Assembly (NCBI GenBank): GCA_951406725.2
Contig: OX597817.1
Coordinates: forward strand, 170,314,001-170,378,000
Length of the DNA stretch: 64,000 nucleotides
Reading direction: 5' to 3'
Source: Octopus vulgaris
Taxonomy: Eukaryota
A program made the position numbers and the translations under genes. This document shows, piece after piece, positions 23,945 through 38,439 of this stretch (its first letter is position 1; each line of letters begins with the position of its first letter). A model generated the notes under the pieces. That model did no database searches and had not been told where the DNA came from. It saw only the letters and a list, made by a program, of their open reading frames with translations.

Positions 23945-24624
23945 CATAGTCCAAAATATTGCTTTTCTTAGAAATAACTTCATTGTTTTATTGTTTCTTT
24001 TTCTTGTTTTTAAATCCTCACAAAACCCTAACTTCTGCTACAGAATGACCAAAATCTGAATTAAGCTCTACTATTACCAGCAATGTGGCACAAACATATC
24101 TAAGTCCCCAATCTTTGGTGATTCAGGGGCACTAACTACAAAAATGGGACTTCACATTCATTACCTGCTGTATATGGAAAGTTTCATAAAAAAATAAGAG
24201 CAATAATGACAGGGCTTTGGTGGGCCCCAACATGAGAGATGAGCATTTATTTACAGTAAACAGTTGACAGTGATTAATGGAGAATACCCTATTTTGGGGT
24301 CTGTAAGGTGCACCCCAATTTTGACAGGCCTAATCTGCAAGAAAAACCCTGCAGCTAACCCTGAATCCCCGAGCTGAATGTCTCACATATTTTCATGTAT
24401 CGGAACCATGGAAATTTAGACTGACAACCTTTGGTAAGCTGTTATGGTAGGCTAAGTTATAATATTTACCGTAGAACCACCAAATATTACCACTCACCTC
24501 CACTGTCACCTGTATTGTCCATCTTTAATGACACTAACCAAGTCTACCCAAAGCCTGACCATCACCATATAAAGAACAGGAGAACTCTTGGGAGGAATTG
24601 TGGGGAAATAAATACAGCACCACC

Positions 24625-25083
24625 TGACTGGCACCCGTGCTAGTGGAACGTTAAAAGCACCATCCAAGCATGATTGTTGCCAAGGCTGCTGACTGTGGCA
24701 CAGTGGCACATAAAAAGCACCATTCGAGTGTGATCGTTACCAGCGTCACCTTACTGGCACTTGTGCCGGTGGCACATGAAAAACGACATTCGAGCGAGGT
24801 TGTTGCCAGTGCCGCTGGACTGGCTCCTGTGCAGGTGGCACATAAAAAACACCATTTGAGCGTGGCCATTGCAAGTACCACCTGACTGGCCCTTGTGCTG
24901 GTGGCACGTAAAAGCATCCACTACACTCCCGGAGTTGGCGTTAGGAAGGGCATCCAGCTGTAGAAACTCTGCCAGATCAGATTGGAGCCTGGTGCAGCCA
25001 TCTGGCTCGGTAGTCCTCAGTAAAACCGTCCAACCCATACCAGCATGGAAAGCGGACATTAAACGATGATGATGATGATGATG
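24625..25083 (+). mobile_element. RTE 3'-end copy
   Basis: Near-identical to 1285-1676 over the shared part; (GAT)n tail. Confidence 0.85.
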
Positions 25084-26957
25084 AAAGGGTGCCTTATATG
25101 CCGGATAATATAGTAAATTTTGTTTTTCCCTTAATCTTTATCACCAAGCCTCTCTCACAAGAAAACCTCAATACCTTTGTTGTTATTAGTCATTTATGTT
25201 AGATTATATTAGATTAGCTGCAAGTAAACTGATGTTAGAGGCATCATTTATCACCTGGAGAAATACCTTCAAGCTTGAACTAGCATTAACAACTGGGAGC
25301 TTTAAAGAAACCCAATTGAATATTATTGATACGACATCCTCATGTCTTATTACTGGTTGACTGGGAGTGATGTTAAATAAAACCCCAGGCAAAGTAATGC
25401 TTATTGGTTTACTAAAGCACTCTTTAGTGCGGTGAGTGAATCATTATGTAAAATTCTTGGTGCTGCAATAATTTTATTCCAGCCCAAACACCAATGAAGG
25501 TTATTGTAGATTGCGTACAATGTGTCATGTGGTGTGTGTGTGTGTGTATATATGTTGTATCAGCCGTCTTCTGTGTGCTGTTTGTGGTGTGTTATATATA
25601 GATTGTGAGGTTGTGTCTTGTGCGTGTGTGTGTGTGTAGGTATGTCATACATTGAGTGATGTGCACAGGTGTGTAGTGATGTGATATGTATGTGTAGATG
25701 TGCATAAGGTGTGCGAGCTGCGTTACATCTTGTGGTTGTATCTTTCATATGTATATTGTATGTGTGTATATATTTTATTAGTGCACGTAGTGTAAATTGT
25801 GCTTTATGTATGTATAGGTATGTTTTATATGTGTGTGTGTGTGGTGTGCGTACGTGTGTGTTTTCCTTTCTGCCAGTGCTACACCTGATGCACTTCATCA
25901 ACATAATCCTGTTGTGTTTAGAAAGCTAACTTGATCTAATCTGATTTCTCTACCTCATCAAAGCTGTGAGATTTAACATCCACCCCCCCACCCCCCTGCT
26001 CTCTCCCAACTCCCAGCCATTTATTTGTTCACTATATATATTTCACCAAAATAAGTTTATGGAAAAGCAAAGCAGTTCGTATAATCCTGGGATGCAGAAA
26101 GAATTTCAAAGTCTTTAAGTCTTCAAGCTTTTCAGTTTACATCCATTTCATGTTAAAATCAAGTTAATCCTTCCATAACACTGTGGATTAACTCTTACCC
26201 CCATCTGTAGTTGTAAGCAGATGGGAGACAGATTTTCCCCTGGATGACAGTATGTCACAGATAACTTTTCTCTGCTATATTTGAAAGCTGTATCTCACAG
26301 TCGATAGACCTGAGATAACCTAAAGCAATGTTTTCGTTGTTATTTTTAGCACCAGGTCAGTACTGCTGAAACTGACCTCTGACCAAAGGTCTTCCATCTC
26401 TTTCAATCCTGTCATCCTTATTTCCAGTCATTGTGTTTTAACCCCTATTTTATGTAGTTTGTCTTTCTTTTCCTTTTTTTAAGATAGTAAGTAGTATGTG
26501 ATTTGAAAATTTAGCTGCTATTTTTTTTACTAGGAGGTTGAGCGACCTCATTATAGAGGTTCCCTAGGTGACTTGTGGGAAATGTAGAGATGTGTAGTCC
26601 CACAGTAAATGAAATATTGACATGATATGAACTCACAGCCATTGAGTTCATCTGATACATTAACCACTGATAAACCCATTTCACATTGCTTCATATTTTG
26701 CCCCTGTTTGCTAACGTGTTGGATGACTTTTGTAAAATTTAGCTATTTGCAGTGAACAAGTATATTTGCCAGTTAGATATTAAACTTTCACTATTAAAAA
26801 ATTCACATTGCCTTGTTGTTTTGATAATCTTCTTACTTGGGTCCTCCACTTCTGATAGAGTCATAAGGGAACCAGTCTTTTCCATTTGTTGGAGCTGCAT
26901 ACCAAAGCTTGGATCTTTGCAATTGATTTGCATGTCCATTTTTTGGTTTTTTTAATA

Positions 26958-28280
26958 CTGTTTCTTGCTTTCAAATGACCTTATTTTGAACATCAGAAGC
27001 CGATTTATCATTTAGCTGGTTCTCTTTTCACCCCTACTAAATAAAGAGCCAAAGTTTTAGCCTCAGACATATAGAAATATATCAAAATCAAGAAATATTC
27101 TAATTTAAGGAAATAACAAAAAGGTCCTCGAATGTTAAGTTATTACATATGTAGGTACTGGAAATTTGATGCAGCCGTGGCATTTTAAACACCTTTTTAA
27201 ACCATACGACAAACAAGGAAGTTCACAAAACATCCTAGAATCACACTGACTCCATATCTGTTCAAGTTTTCCTCTATCTGTTTTTCTTCCCCTTATTTTA
27301 AATTTCCTCGAAGAATTGGTCTTTGCCAGGCCAGATGATCTTGTTTCATGGCAATACCATCTCAGTTTTCTCAGTTTTCTTCATGACTGTTAGATCTTTA
27401 TGGAGTCAGTGTGATTCTAGGATGTTTTGTGACCCTCCTTGTTTGTTGTATGGTTTAAAAGGTGTTTAAAATGCCACAACTGCATCAAATTTCCTGTCAT
27501 CCTCATCATCGTTCGACTGTGGTCGAGACAATGGAATTTACCATGCTATGCCAGACTTCACGGTCCATCATGGCATTACAGAGGTCCTGTTGCTGGATGC
27601 CTGTATCCCTGGAGATTACATCAGGGTAGGAGAGTGTGTGCCCTCTGGTATTGCGAGTAGATGGCTTCCAGAGGAGAAGAGTAGAAATTACCTCTTTTTC
27701 AGCTCTACAACAATGTCCAGCAAACTGGACTGTCTTACCTTTCAAAAGAGATGACACAGGTGGTAGTTTCCCATATATTTGCATTTTGGTTGGATGGCGC
27801 TTCCACGAGAGATTTTGAGCTCTCATAAGGAAGCAAGTGTAGGTTCCATCCAACCGCCTCTCAAGCTTCTTTGATAACGTCCAGGTTTCTAAGCCATATA
27901 GTAGAATTAGTTCGACTGTAGCTTTGAAGATTTCAAGTTTGAAGTCTCTACTTAGATTTGATGACCAGATCTTATGCATGTCATTACGGGCTGACCAGGC
28001 CATACCCTTTCTAGTTAGAAAGTCTTTTCCAGATGTTGATATGTATGACCCAAGATATTTCCTGTGCCTACATATGTAATAGCTTAACATTCGAGGACCT
28101 TTTTGTTATTTCCTTAAATTAGATATTTCTTGATTTTGATATATTTTTATATGTCTGAGGCTAAAACTTTGGCTCTTTATTTTAGTAGGGATGAAAGAGA
28201 ACCAGCTAAATGATAAATCTGCTTGTGATGTTCCATGTCATCTACAGTACAAAATAAGGTCATTTGAAAGCAAGAAACAG
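26958..28280. mobile_element. Foldback MITE with ~300-bp TIRs and TA TSD (Tc1/mariner-type)
   Basis: TA|CTGTTTCTTGCTTTCAAATGACC...GGTCATTTGAAAGCAAGAAACAG|TA; arms 26958-27256 and 27399-28280, the right arm split by a LINE. Confidence 0.85.
27498..28056 (-). mobile_element. 5'-truncated LINE of a second RTE-like family, with 9-bp TSD
   Basis: KYLGSYI..RKGMAWSA..LLYGLETWTL peptide; (ATG)n tail; TSD ATTTCCTGT at 27489-97 and 28057-65. Confidence 0.85.
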
Positions 28281-28900
28281 TATAAAAATTAAGTCCAATT
28301 CACAAATTGTAATACCTGAATATTTTATAGATATAGACAAATTTAAATGTGAAACAATTAGGAAATGAATTCTGTTTATACATTATGGTATTTGAAAATG
28401 CATAACTTTCTGAATCTTTGATTTTAAGATGAAAAATTTAAACTTCGGTGTTCCAGTAGATATTGACTATATAAGTAGATATTGTGTTCCTGTAGATATT
28501 GACTCTTTTAAGAAATGAATGAGAAAGTGTGTGTTTGGAGAGAGAGAGAGAGAGAGAAAATGGAGTGGAGGAGAAATGAAAGGGAAACTAAAGGAGGAAG
28601 TATTTGACATTATAAATTGACTGTTTCTATACCTCACACTTACACTCCTACTCAACTATCACCTCCTTACAACTGTCAGCCTTTCACCATTCCTTTTCTT
28701 GACTCCTCTCTGTTTTACTCTGGAGGGACCTCAGATCTGGATTGCTTTCCTTGTGCTAGGGTTCAGCTAATTGCTTCACCACATATTGAATTTAGAAATA
28801 GGAGTTAAAATTCTTTTTCTGCTACTATAAAAATCTCCATGACAGTAAACATACTTTTTTACGAAGTAAAATTTAAAATTTTTAAATATAAATTTAAAAT

Positions 28901-28944
<44 letters not shown>

Positions 28945-30235
28945 CGAGGGGCGTTCAATAAGTAATGCCCCTGACCCACTTCCCATAGCAGTAGAGCAAT
29001 GAAACTTGGCACAGTTATTAGTCTTTTTCTACATAGGAACCACCCAGAGTTACGCATTTCTCACATCGTTTGATGCAGCTCTGAAGACCATTTTTGTAGA
29101 AGACCCCAGCTTGGTCCTCCAACCACGACGTGACTTCAGAAATCAAGGCTGCATCATCTGGGAAACGCTTTCCTTTCAAAAACAACTTCATGGCTGGGAA
29201 GAGGTGTAAATCAGAGGGTGCATGGTCAGGAGAGTAGGGGGGATGGGGAGGAGTTCATAGCCGCACGCCTGTGCTTCTAATCTGGCGACACGCGAGTTGT
29301 GGACTGGAGCGTTCTCCTGCAGGAGGAGGATGCCTTTGCTGATCTTGCCCCGCCTCTTGATTTTGATAACTTCTATTAATTTCCTCAAAAGTGAAGCATA
29401 ATAGGCTCCTGTAATTGTGGCACTCTTTGGCAGGAAATCTGTCGTCATTACTCCGTCCTGGTCCCAGAAGACTGTGAGCATGACCTTGCCAGCAGAGGGC
29501 TGCACCCTTGCCTTCTTTGGAGAAGGTGAGTCACGGTGTGTCCACTGCATTGACTGGGCTTTGGTCTCTTGATCATAGTGATGGACCCAGGTTTCATCCT
29601 GTGTAATCAGTCTTTTGAAAAATTTTGACTCATCTTCTTGACACATCTCCAAATTCATCCTCGAGCAATCGACACGTTTTTGCTTCTGGAAAGATGTGAG
29701 CAACCTGGGAATCCATCTGGCAGACACCTTTTGCATATGCAAATGGTCATGAATGATAGTTTCCACAGACCCGGTACTAATCTTGACCTCATGGGCTATT
29801 TGGCGAATAGTTATGCGTAGATCTTCCAAAATGGCAGCCTCAACATGACGGACAAATGCCTCATGAATGGCAGAAGGGGGCAACCAGATCTGGGAGCTGT
29901 TTCCACAGAGTTCCGACCATGTTTGAATTCACGATGCCAACGTTTTACAAGGTCATATGATGGGGCATCATCACCATAAGTTACTTTCATTTCATCAAAA
30001 GTCTCCCGTGGTGTGCGTCCTTTCAAATGCAAAAACCGGATCACTGCTCGACACTCAACAGGCTCCATTTCACACTTGACTCAGTTCAAACACCTGTAAA
30101 TCAGAAACCACAATTAGTTCAGAGCTGTAATTTGCCACTTAATCTATAAAGATATAAATAATTGTACATGCAAAATTTCAGCTAAATCAAATAACTGCAA
30201 GTGGGTCAGGAGCATTACTTATTGAACGCCCCTCG
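28945..30235 (-). mobile_element. Full-length mariner transposon (1291 bp) in a (TA)n tract
   Basis: TIRs CGAGGGGCGTTCAATAAGTAATGC / GCATTACTTATTGAACGCCCCTCG with flanking TA. Confidence 0.95.
29050..30068 (-). pseudogene. Frameshifted mariner DD34D transposase
   Basis: HTH N-terminus (29811-30068), WIPRLL, QDETW; second Asp appears as QENA; frameshifts near 29880 and 29240. The 3' end is approximate. Confidence 0.9.
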
Positions 30236-31084
30236 TATATATATATTACTAATTTTTCTATTAATTTTTCCTATGCTAACATGTTAAATTGTTCTGTAAA
30301 TTACAATATTTGCATAAATTACTGGAACCGGTGTTATGTTGCCTGATACAGTTCCTGACATTAACTAACCCACTCAAAGATGAAATAGATATGTTGTGTG
30401 TAAGTTTGGCGAATTTGTGTTAATTTTGAACTTATGGTCTTGAGGTTTGTTGTTCCAACACTTCACAGCAACTCAGTTTCTTAACTATAGTACAGTAATA
30501 AAAAATTTACTCCTTACCATTTAATCTTGTTCTTTTAGCTTCAGCTCAGAGTTGATCACAAGCAGGCCTACAATCAAGAGTGTTCCAGTTATGAGCATTT
30601 TTGTTTTATCAGGGTCTGCATTGGTTAATGCATTCTTATTTACTGAAGATAGTATAGTCTGAATTGAGGGAAATTTGGTTGCTCTTTCTTGCAGATTGAG
30701 TGATTATGTTCTTCATATTATGATGTTAGTTGTACGTAGATGAATCTGGATTTTTACAATTTGTCATTTCTATCAAAGATCTATACTTTGTGAAAATCAC
30801 AACAACCATGGCAGACTCTACTCTTTTGTCTGTAAATGTTAGGAGTTAATGCATTGGTCAAAAGAAACAAGGACCTTAATTCAGTATCCAGCTATTGTTG
30901 TTAGACATGTTTCATTGTAGGATTAACTCTTTTGATACCAAACTGCCTGGGACCGTCCCTGGTTTTGTAATAATAATTTCATGTTGATCTATGTGATAAA
31001 CACCTAGTTAGTAACGACAAAGTTATTTTACTAAATTCTTTGCTACTTTCAAAATTAATTGAAACAAACGCAGTATATTTCAAC

Positions 31085-31519
31085 ACGCTGTGCTAACCTT
31101 GGCTCGTAGAGTGACCTTCTGTTCTTGAGGAGACCTATTGAGCCAAGTACGTCAACAACAACATCAAAATAAAAATCAAATGGAAATTGTAGTTAAGACA
31201 CCTGTGCCAGTGACGCGTAAAAAGCACCATCCAAACGTGGCAGATGCCAGCGCGGCCTGACTGGCGTCCGTGTTGGTGACACGTAAAAGCACCAACCAAT
31301 CGTGGCCGTTTGCCAACCTCCCCTGGCCCTCGTGCCAGTGGCATGTAAAAAGCACCCACTACACTCACGGAGTGGTTGGCATTAGGAAAGGCATCTAGGT
31401 GTAGAAACACTGCCAGATCAGGCTAGAGCCTGGTGCAGCCTCTGGGCCTCCCAGACCCTGGTTGAACTGTCCAACCCATGCTAGCATGGAAAATGGACGT
31501 TAAATGATGATGATGATGA
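31085..31519 (+). mobile_element. RTE 3'-end copy (same subfamily as 53406-53825) inside a degenerate piggyBac-type MITE
   Basis: RTE 3' motif and (GAT)n tail. Flanks 30923-31085 and 31520-31540 resemble the MITE at 40387-40607. Confidence 0.75.
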
Positions 31520-31859
31520 ATATGGTCACTAAGTGGTTAATGTATTATGCAGCCTATCAAATGATACCCGGTTAGATAGGTTCTGGACCTTTTCAGGATA
31601 CTGGGTCATTTTTAGCTGAAATAAGGGCCTACTATGAATTAATCAATACCTCTATCACTGGGATAAAGAGTTTTAAGGAAACAAGTAAATGGTGAATTAA
31701 AACTAAGAGGATTAAATGTATTTCAAATCAGCCACCAAATTGCACTTTGAATCAGAAGTATGTTACCACGATAACACTGTTTCTGGATGAGAATAAAACT
31801 GTACAGTGATTATAGCTATGTTGTGGTGGCCACAGCTGTATTCTATTCAAAGTTATGTG

Positions 31860-33020
31860 ATGATCAAAGCTACATTGTAATCATAGCTATGTTGAGGTCA
31901 TAACCGTACCATAATCATAGCTGTGTTGAGGTCATGAATGTATTGTAATCATAGTTATGTTGAGGTCATAACTTTATTGTAATCATAGCTATGTTGAGGT
32001 CATAACTGTACCATAATCATAGCTGTGTTGAGGTCATGAATGTATTGTAATCATAGTTATGTTGAGGTCATAACTTTATTGTAATCATAGCTATGTTGAG
32101 GTCATAACTGTACCATAATCATAGCTGTGTTGAGGTCATGAATGTATTGTAATCATAGTTATGTTGAGGTCATAACTTTATTGTAATCATAGCTATGTTG
32201 AGGTCATAACTGTACCATAATCATAGCTGTGTTGAGGTCATGAATGTATTGTAATCATAGTTATGTTGAGGTCATAACTTTATTGTAATCATAGCTATGT
32301 TGAGGTCATAACTGTACCATAATCATAGCTGTGTTGAGGTCATGAATGTATTGTAATCATAGTTATGTTGAGGTCATAACTTTATTGTAATCATAGCTAT
32401 GTTGAGGTCATAACTGTACCATAATCATAGCTGTGTTGAGGTCATGAATGTATTGTAATCATAGTTATGTTGAGGTCATAACTTTATTGTAATCATAGCT
32501 ATGTTGAGGTCATAACTGTACCATAATCATAGCTGTGTTGAGGTCATGAATGTATTGTAATCATAGTTATGTTGAGGTCATAACTTTATTGTAATCATAG
32601 CTATGTTGAGGTCATAACTGTATCATAATCATAGCTGTGTTGAGGTCATGAATGTATTGTAATCATAGTTATGTTGAGGTCATAACTTTATTGTAATTAT
32701 AGCTATGTTGAGGTCATAACTGTATCATAATCATAGCTGTGTTGAGGTCATAAATGTATTGTGGTCATAGCCATATGGTGGTTAGATCTATATTAAAACA
32801 TCTATATGATGACCATAGATACATAATGGTCACATCTATATTGTTATCATGATCAAAGCTGTATTGTAATCATAGCTATGTTGAGGTCATAACTGAACCA
32901 TAATCATAGCTGTGTTGAGGTCATGAATGTATTTTGGTCATAGCCATATGGTGGTCAGATCTATATTAAAACATCTATATGATGACCATAGATACATAAT
33001 GGTCACATCTATATTGTAAT
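31860..33020 (+). repeat. 34-bp minisatellite in 102-bp higher-order trimers (array 1)
   Basis: Monomer TATTGTAATCATAGCTATGTTGAGGTCATAACTG with three alternating variants; period 102 (31921 to 32023). Confidence 0.95.
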
Positions 33021-33971
33021 CATAACAGTATCATGCTTATAGCTAGATGAGGGCTATTATTGTATGGTGGTCATTAGTGTTTTGTAGTTACTGTTACATA
33101 GCGGGAGTCATTTCTCTATAGTGATCAGTACAGTAATGACAGGTATATGGTGGTCATCTGTGTTAAATAGTAAAATACCATCACTATTTTAATAAGCAGT
33201 GTGGAAGTCCAAAGTGTTGGTGGTTTGGCCCTCATTACAGGGTGTAACTAGTGAACAGTAGGATAATTGTCAGGAAATTCTCCATAAATAGATATGGCTT
33301 GTTACTTTGACTTTCTGTTTGTGTTAAGATCACAGGCTGGAAAAGGAAAAGCATGATATGATAATGGTGATGATGATGATGATATAAATAATAATGATAA
33401 TAATAATAATAGTGTTTATCTTCTTTGTGACGGTAGAATGGGATTTATTTGAGGTTGATTTGTAATTATCAGAAGTCACAGATGGTTAGTTATTGTTGGC
33501 AAATTTCTATAATAATTGTAAAATTCTGAATCTACCTCTAGAAATAAAATTATTATATATCGAGCCAACAAATGAGTCTCTACATCTTCACTCGATCTGC
33601 TTGAAATAGCAGCCAAATCTTACTCAACCATCATAAAAGTTAAAAAAAAGTAAAATAGAAAATAGGATACAGTCAGATGGTGTAATCTATATTTAGAAGT
33701 TTGACTAAAAAAAATAAATAGATAAATAAATAGATAAATAAACATATGAATGAATAAACTTAATCATCGTGACTAAAAGGTTTTTTGATCTGCTCTTTTC
33801 AGTCAAGGTCGACTTGGGGCTAAACTACAAAAGCAAACAAAATAGCATCTGCATTTCTGGCTTTTCTATACTGAAGAATTAGTGACTAAATACTGTGTAG
33901 TGTTTCAAATCTTACTTAGGCTGACATTGCTCAGAGTTTGATAAAGTACTTACTACTTAAGTGCCAGAATT

Positions 33972-34395
33972 CATCATCATCATCATCATCATCATGGATT
34001 GGATGGCTTGACAAGAACTTGGTAAGACCAAAGGCCACACCAGGCTCCATGGCTGGATAGCCTTCTTAACGCCAACCATTCTACAGTGTACCGGGTGCCT
34101 TTAATGTAGCACCATCACAAGTGCTTTTTAATTGGAACCCGTACTTGTGCTTTTTACATGGTACCAGCACCCACACCAATACTTTTTACATGGCACCTTG
34201 ATCTTAGGATCTCATTTCTGTTGTGGTGGGCAGGTCTTCTTAAGTACAGCAATGTGCCACATCTCCTGGTCCTCTGTCACCTTTGAAAGGTTCAGCGCTT
34301 TGAGATTGGCCTTCAGTACTTTGTGCTTGATATATTTGATTAAGATCTCTTGAGATCTGTACCCTAACATGGTTGCAATCTGGTGACTTAAAGGC
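33972..34395 (-). mobile_element. Degraded RTE 3' fragment including ORF C-terminus
   Basis: (CAT)n tail; peptide KVLKANLKALNLSKVTEDQEMWHIAVLKKT parallels the end of the intact RTE ORF. Confidence 0.6.
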
Positions 34396-34424
34396 AATAA
34401 AAGATGAACGACATTTTTTTAATT

Positions 34425-34820
34425 CCTTTATTCTTTTACTTGTTTCAGTCGTTTGACTGTGGCCATGCTGGAGCACCGCCTTTAGTCGAACAAATCGACC
34501 CCAGGACTTATATTTTGTAAGCCTGGTACTTATCCTGTCTGTCTGTTTTGCTGAACCGCTAAGATACAGGGATGTAAACACACCGACATCAGTTGTTAAG
34601 CAATGTCGGTGGTGGGGATGAACACAGACACACAAACACACACACACATATACATACGACAGTCTTCTTTCAGTTTTCATCTACGAAATCCACTCACAAG
34701 GATTTCGTTGACTCGAAGCTATAGTAGAAGTCACTTGCCCACGGTGCCATGCAGTGAGACTGAACCCAGAACCATGTAGTCGGGAAGCAAGCTTCTTGCC
34801 ACACGGCCACTCCTGCGCCT
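34425..34820 (-). mobile_element. SINE family A
   Basis: Diverged copy. Confidence 0.85.
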
Positions 34821-34943
34821 ATTTTGCTGCCTGAGAGAATGTATGTTTGTGAGAAATTCTGAATAGAGACAGAATGAAGGATCAACATTGCATGAATAAG
34901 CACCACTACGTGCATTAACTACATTTTCATTTGGCTTTTGTAA

Positions 34944-34993
<50 letters not shown>

Positions 34994-35402
34994 GAGAGAG
35001 AGTGAGAGAGAGAGAATTTTTACACTTGTATCCTCTGTCTTTTACCTGTTTCAGTCATTGACCTGCGGCCATTCTGTTGCACTGCCTGGAAGAGTTTTAG
35101 TTGAACAAATCAACCCCAGTACTTATTTTTTAAAGTCTAGTGCTTATTCTGTTGATCTCTTTTGCTGAATCGCTAAGTTATGGCTTTGTAAACAAATCAA
35201 CACCAGTTGTCAAATGGTGGTGATGGAGGTGGGGAACACACAAAGACACTTTCTCTTTCACACACAAACACACATATACAAACACACATACATGCACGCA
35301 CACGACTGGCTTCCTCACAGTTTCAACTACCAAATTCAGTCACCAAGTATTAATTGGTCCAGGTCTATAAGAGAAGACAACTTGCTCAAATTGCCACACA
35401 GT

Positions 35403-35564
35403 GGCGCAGGAGTGGCTGGGTGGTAAGTAGCTTGCTAACCAACCACATGGTTCCGGGTTCAGTCCCACTGCGTGGCATCTTGGGCAAGTGTCTTCTACTA
35501 TAGCCTCGGGCTGACCAATGCCTTGTGAGTGGATTTGGTAGACGGAAACTGAAAGAAGCCTGTC

Positions 35565-35611
<47 letters not shown>

Positions 35612-35838
35612 TGTGTGTGTATGTGTTTGTGTGTGAGTGTTTGTCTCCCTAGCATTGCTTGACAACCGATGCTGGTGTGGTTACGTCCCTGCCACTTAGC
35701 GGTTCAGCAAAAGAGACCGATAGAATAAGTACTGGGCTTACGAAGAATAAGTCCTGGGGTCGATTTGCTCGACTAAAGGCAGTGCTCCAGCATGGCCGCA
35801 GTCAAATGACTGAAACAAGTAAAGAGTAAAAGAGTAAG
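35403..35838 (+). mobile_element. SINE family A nested in an older opposite-strand copy (35035-35910)
   Basis: The older copy resumes at AGTGGGACTGAACCC after the young copy's tail. Confidence 0.85.
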
Positions 35839-36260
35839 AGAGTGGGACTGAACCCAAAACCACAGAGTTGCAAATTGAGCTTCTTAACCACACATCCAAT
35901 CCCCACACATATTATTAGTGTAGTGTTTCCAGTTTTAAGTGCCATTAATATACCCCCCCCTCCGTCTCTTGCTTTCCTCAACAACATATTGTTTTACCAT
36001 TCCTGCAAATGACCTCATACTTCGCTGCCTTCTTATCTCTTCTTTTGTTGATAGTGTTTCCATTGAGAGTTGAATATTGTGCGATAGATTCTATATTGTT
36101 GCAGACAATGGACAGAGTAATTGTCAGGTCTGTTTTTAATTGTCAACCCCAGTGTCAATCCCCTTAGTCTCACTCACTTCACTGCATTGCTATTGTGTGT
36201 CACATTACCACACTTATTGGATAGTTTCAAACTATGTATTTTTTAGTTGTTAGTAAATCT

Positions 36261-36307
<47 letters not shown>

Positions 36308-36441
36308 TCCACTCTCATAAATGGAATTCCTGAGTAATTTATTCTTTAACCCTTTCGTTACTATATTTCTGACCAAAATACACCCCTTATGTGTTTCAAT
36401 TAATTTCTAACATAATCATAAATTTAGTCTGGTTTCATTAA

Positions 36442-36661
36442 CCCTTTAGCATTCAGATTACTCTGCCAAATGTAAAGCCTGTTTAATCACATTGTTTTAA
36501 ATTAATTGTACAGCATCTTGTAACTCTGAGATTTTGATGATGTCCCTGTTTATTTTTAGAATGACTTTGTAGGGTAGGTGTGAGAGGTCAGAGCTGGCTG
36601 GTTTGAGCATAAAACAGTCAGACAATTTTGGCCTGATATGGCCGGTTTAAACACTAAAGGG
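36442..36661. mobile_element. piggyBac-type MITE (family 1) nested in the piggyBac element
   Basis: TTAA|CCCTTTAG...CTAAAGGG|TTAA, 220 bp. Confidence 0.85.
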
Positions 36662-36987
36662 TTAAACAACTATAACTTTTTTATTTATCAATATATTAAT
36701 GTGATTTTTGGAAGATAATTTAATGAAATGTTCTCAACCAATTCTATAGTATAATTTTTGTCACAAAGTGACTCTAATTGCAGGTAGATACAGGTAAATT
36801 CAACAAAATATAAAATTATTAAAATTTTGTTCAAACATCGCTATAGAAAATGGGTTATTAGCTAATATTCAATTGGGTATACAACAAAATTTTATGATAG
36901 AATTTGTTATTCTGGGTAACTTTCTGATACCCATAATAATATTTATGGCAAAATAGTCTTAATTTCATTTAAGGTTGTGGGAAACCA

Positions 36988-37380
36988 CTAACTATCCTTT
37001 CTTTCGCTTTGTTTACATTTAGCGTAACGGTTCGTTTCCGCCGTAATGATTTCAAATAGGCTCATTCGAAAAAGTAAAAAGAAATAGTCTAAGGCTTTAC
37101 TCTTCTGGGAAAGTCTGTGGCTTGGTCCAGTTTCTTCAGAAAAATCACCGAAAGAAACAGTTTTTAAATTTTCACTCCATTCAGGTGCCAATTCATTTTC
37201 TTTATCGCTGTCGGAGCGCTCGGATTCACTGTTTTCACTTTCGGAAAATGAAACATCAGATTCATGATCAAATACCACGTGCTTTTTTTTTTCAGTCATA
37301 GAGTTAGATTTATGAAGGTCTTCAGTAGAAAATCCTTCGAATTCTGACTCGCTGCTTGATATAATGAAATTCATATCCAT
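36988..37380 (-). pseudogene. N-terminal fragment of piggyBac (PGBD-like) transposase
   Basis: Acidic Ser-rich N-terminus followed by FSEETGP..LDYFFLLF..LFEIITAETNRYA; catalytic core absent. Confidence 0.8.
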
Positions 37381-38439
37381 TTTTTGTCAGAATTACAAAT
37401 TTTGAAAACACAATAGGAACAAATTTCGGAAAAAAATCTCCCAAAATTCACGGAATTAAAATTACACTTCGATTGTTGTACAAAACTGTAGTTGAACTGT
37501 TTACGAAATATAATACGTGTTTTCACGAATGTACTAAAGAGATTTGCTCTGATATTCTCATTTAAATATGAATAGTTAAATACGGGCGGGTTTGGGCAGT
37601 TTGGTCACATTAACCCAAATTTTTTTCGGGCGGTTTGGTAACGAAAGGGTTAAAACACATCTTATTCTTAATGTCAACTAGCATAAAATATTTTACATCT
37701 TTATTGTGATTCTCTCATCCCAACTTCAACAAGTACAATTAAATCTGTTTCACTGAGGAATTCTAATAAGACCAAAACATGTGTTGTATTGTCTTCCATT
37801 CTTTATGGAAAAATTAAGATAACATTTATCATTGAGACTAACTAATATTGCTTTTTTTCTTATCACAGTTATTTTTAATTCATATATATATATATATATA
37901 TAAATATATATATGAATTAAAAATAAATGCGATAATATGAGAGATGTGAAATAAATCAGTTTAACAATAGAACTTGAAGTAGATAAAGCTATAAATAATA
38001 GCATGTAAATTTTGGGTTAAAAACCCCATTGAATAGAAAAGACTGAGGGCTGCCCATGGGGCATGAACCCATATCATCTATCATTTGATCTTTTCTATCC
38101 AAAAAGGTTTTTAACCCAGTTTTTACACACTGTTATTTCTAGCTTTTTCTAATTCTATGGTTAAAAATGAAAAAAATAAACAAATTAGGAAATGATTATT
38201 AAATTTCAGTTACTCCCCCCCCTTTGTGTGTATGTGTGTGTTCTTTGATAAATAAAATGCACACAGACATGTAAAAGGAGAATAACTATGTGTCAAGTGA
38301 TTTTGTGCAGCTTTGAGATGTTTGTCAATGACACTTAATGTAAATGATACTCTTGATTTCCTCCACTTCTTTATTTCTCTTTATTTTTTTATCACATTTG
38401 TTAATTCCCAACAAAACTCCTCTCTCGGAAATTTCTTTT

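Larger units (their letters stand above)
36350..37649 (-). mobile_element. Internally deleted piggyBac element
   Basis: TTAA|CCCTTTCGTTAC...GTAACGAAAGGG|TTAA. Confidence 0.9.
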
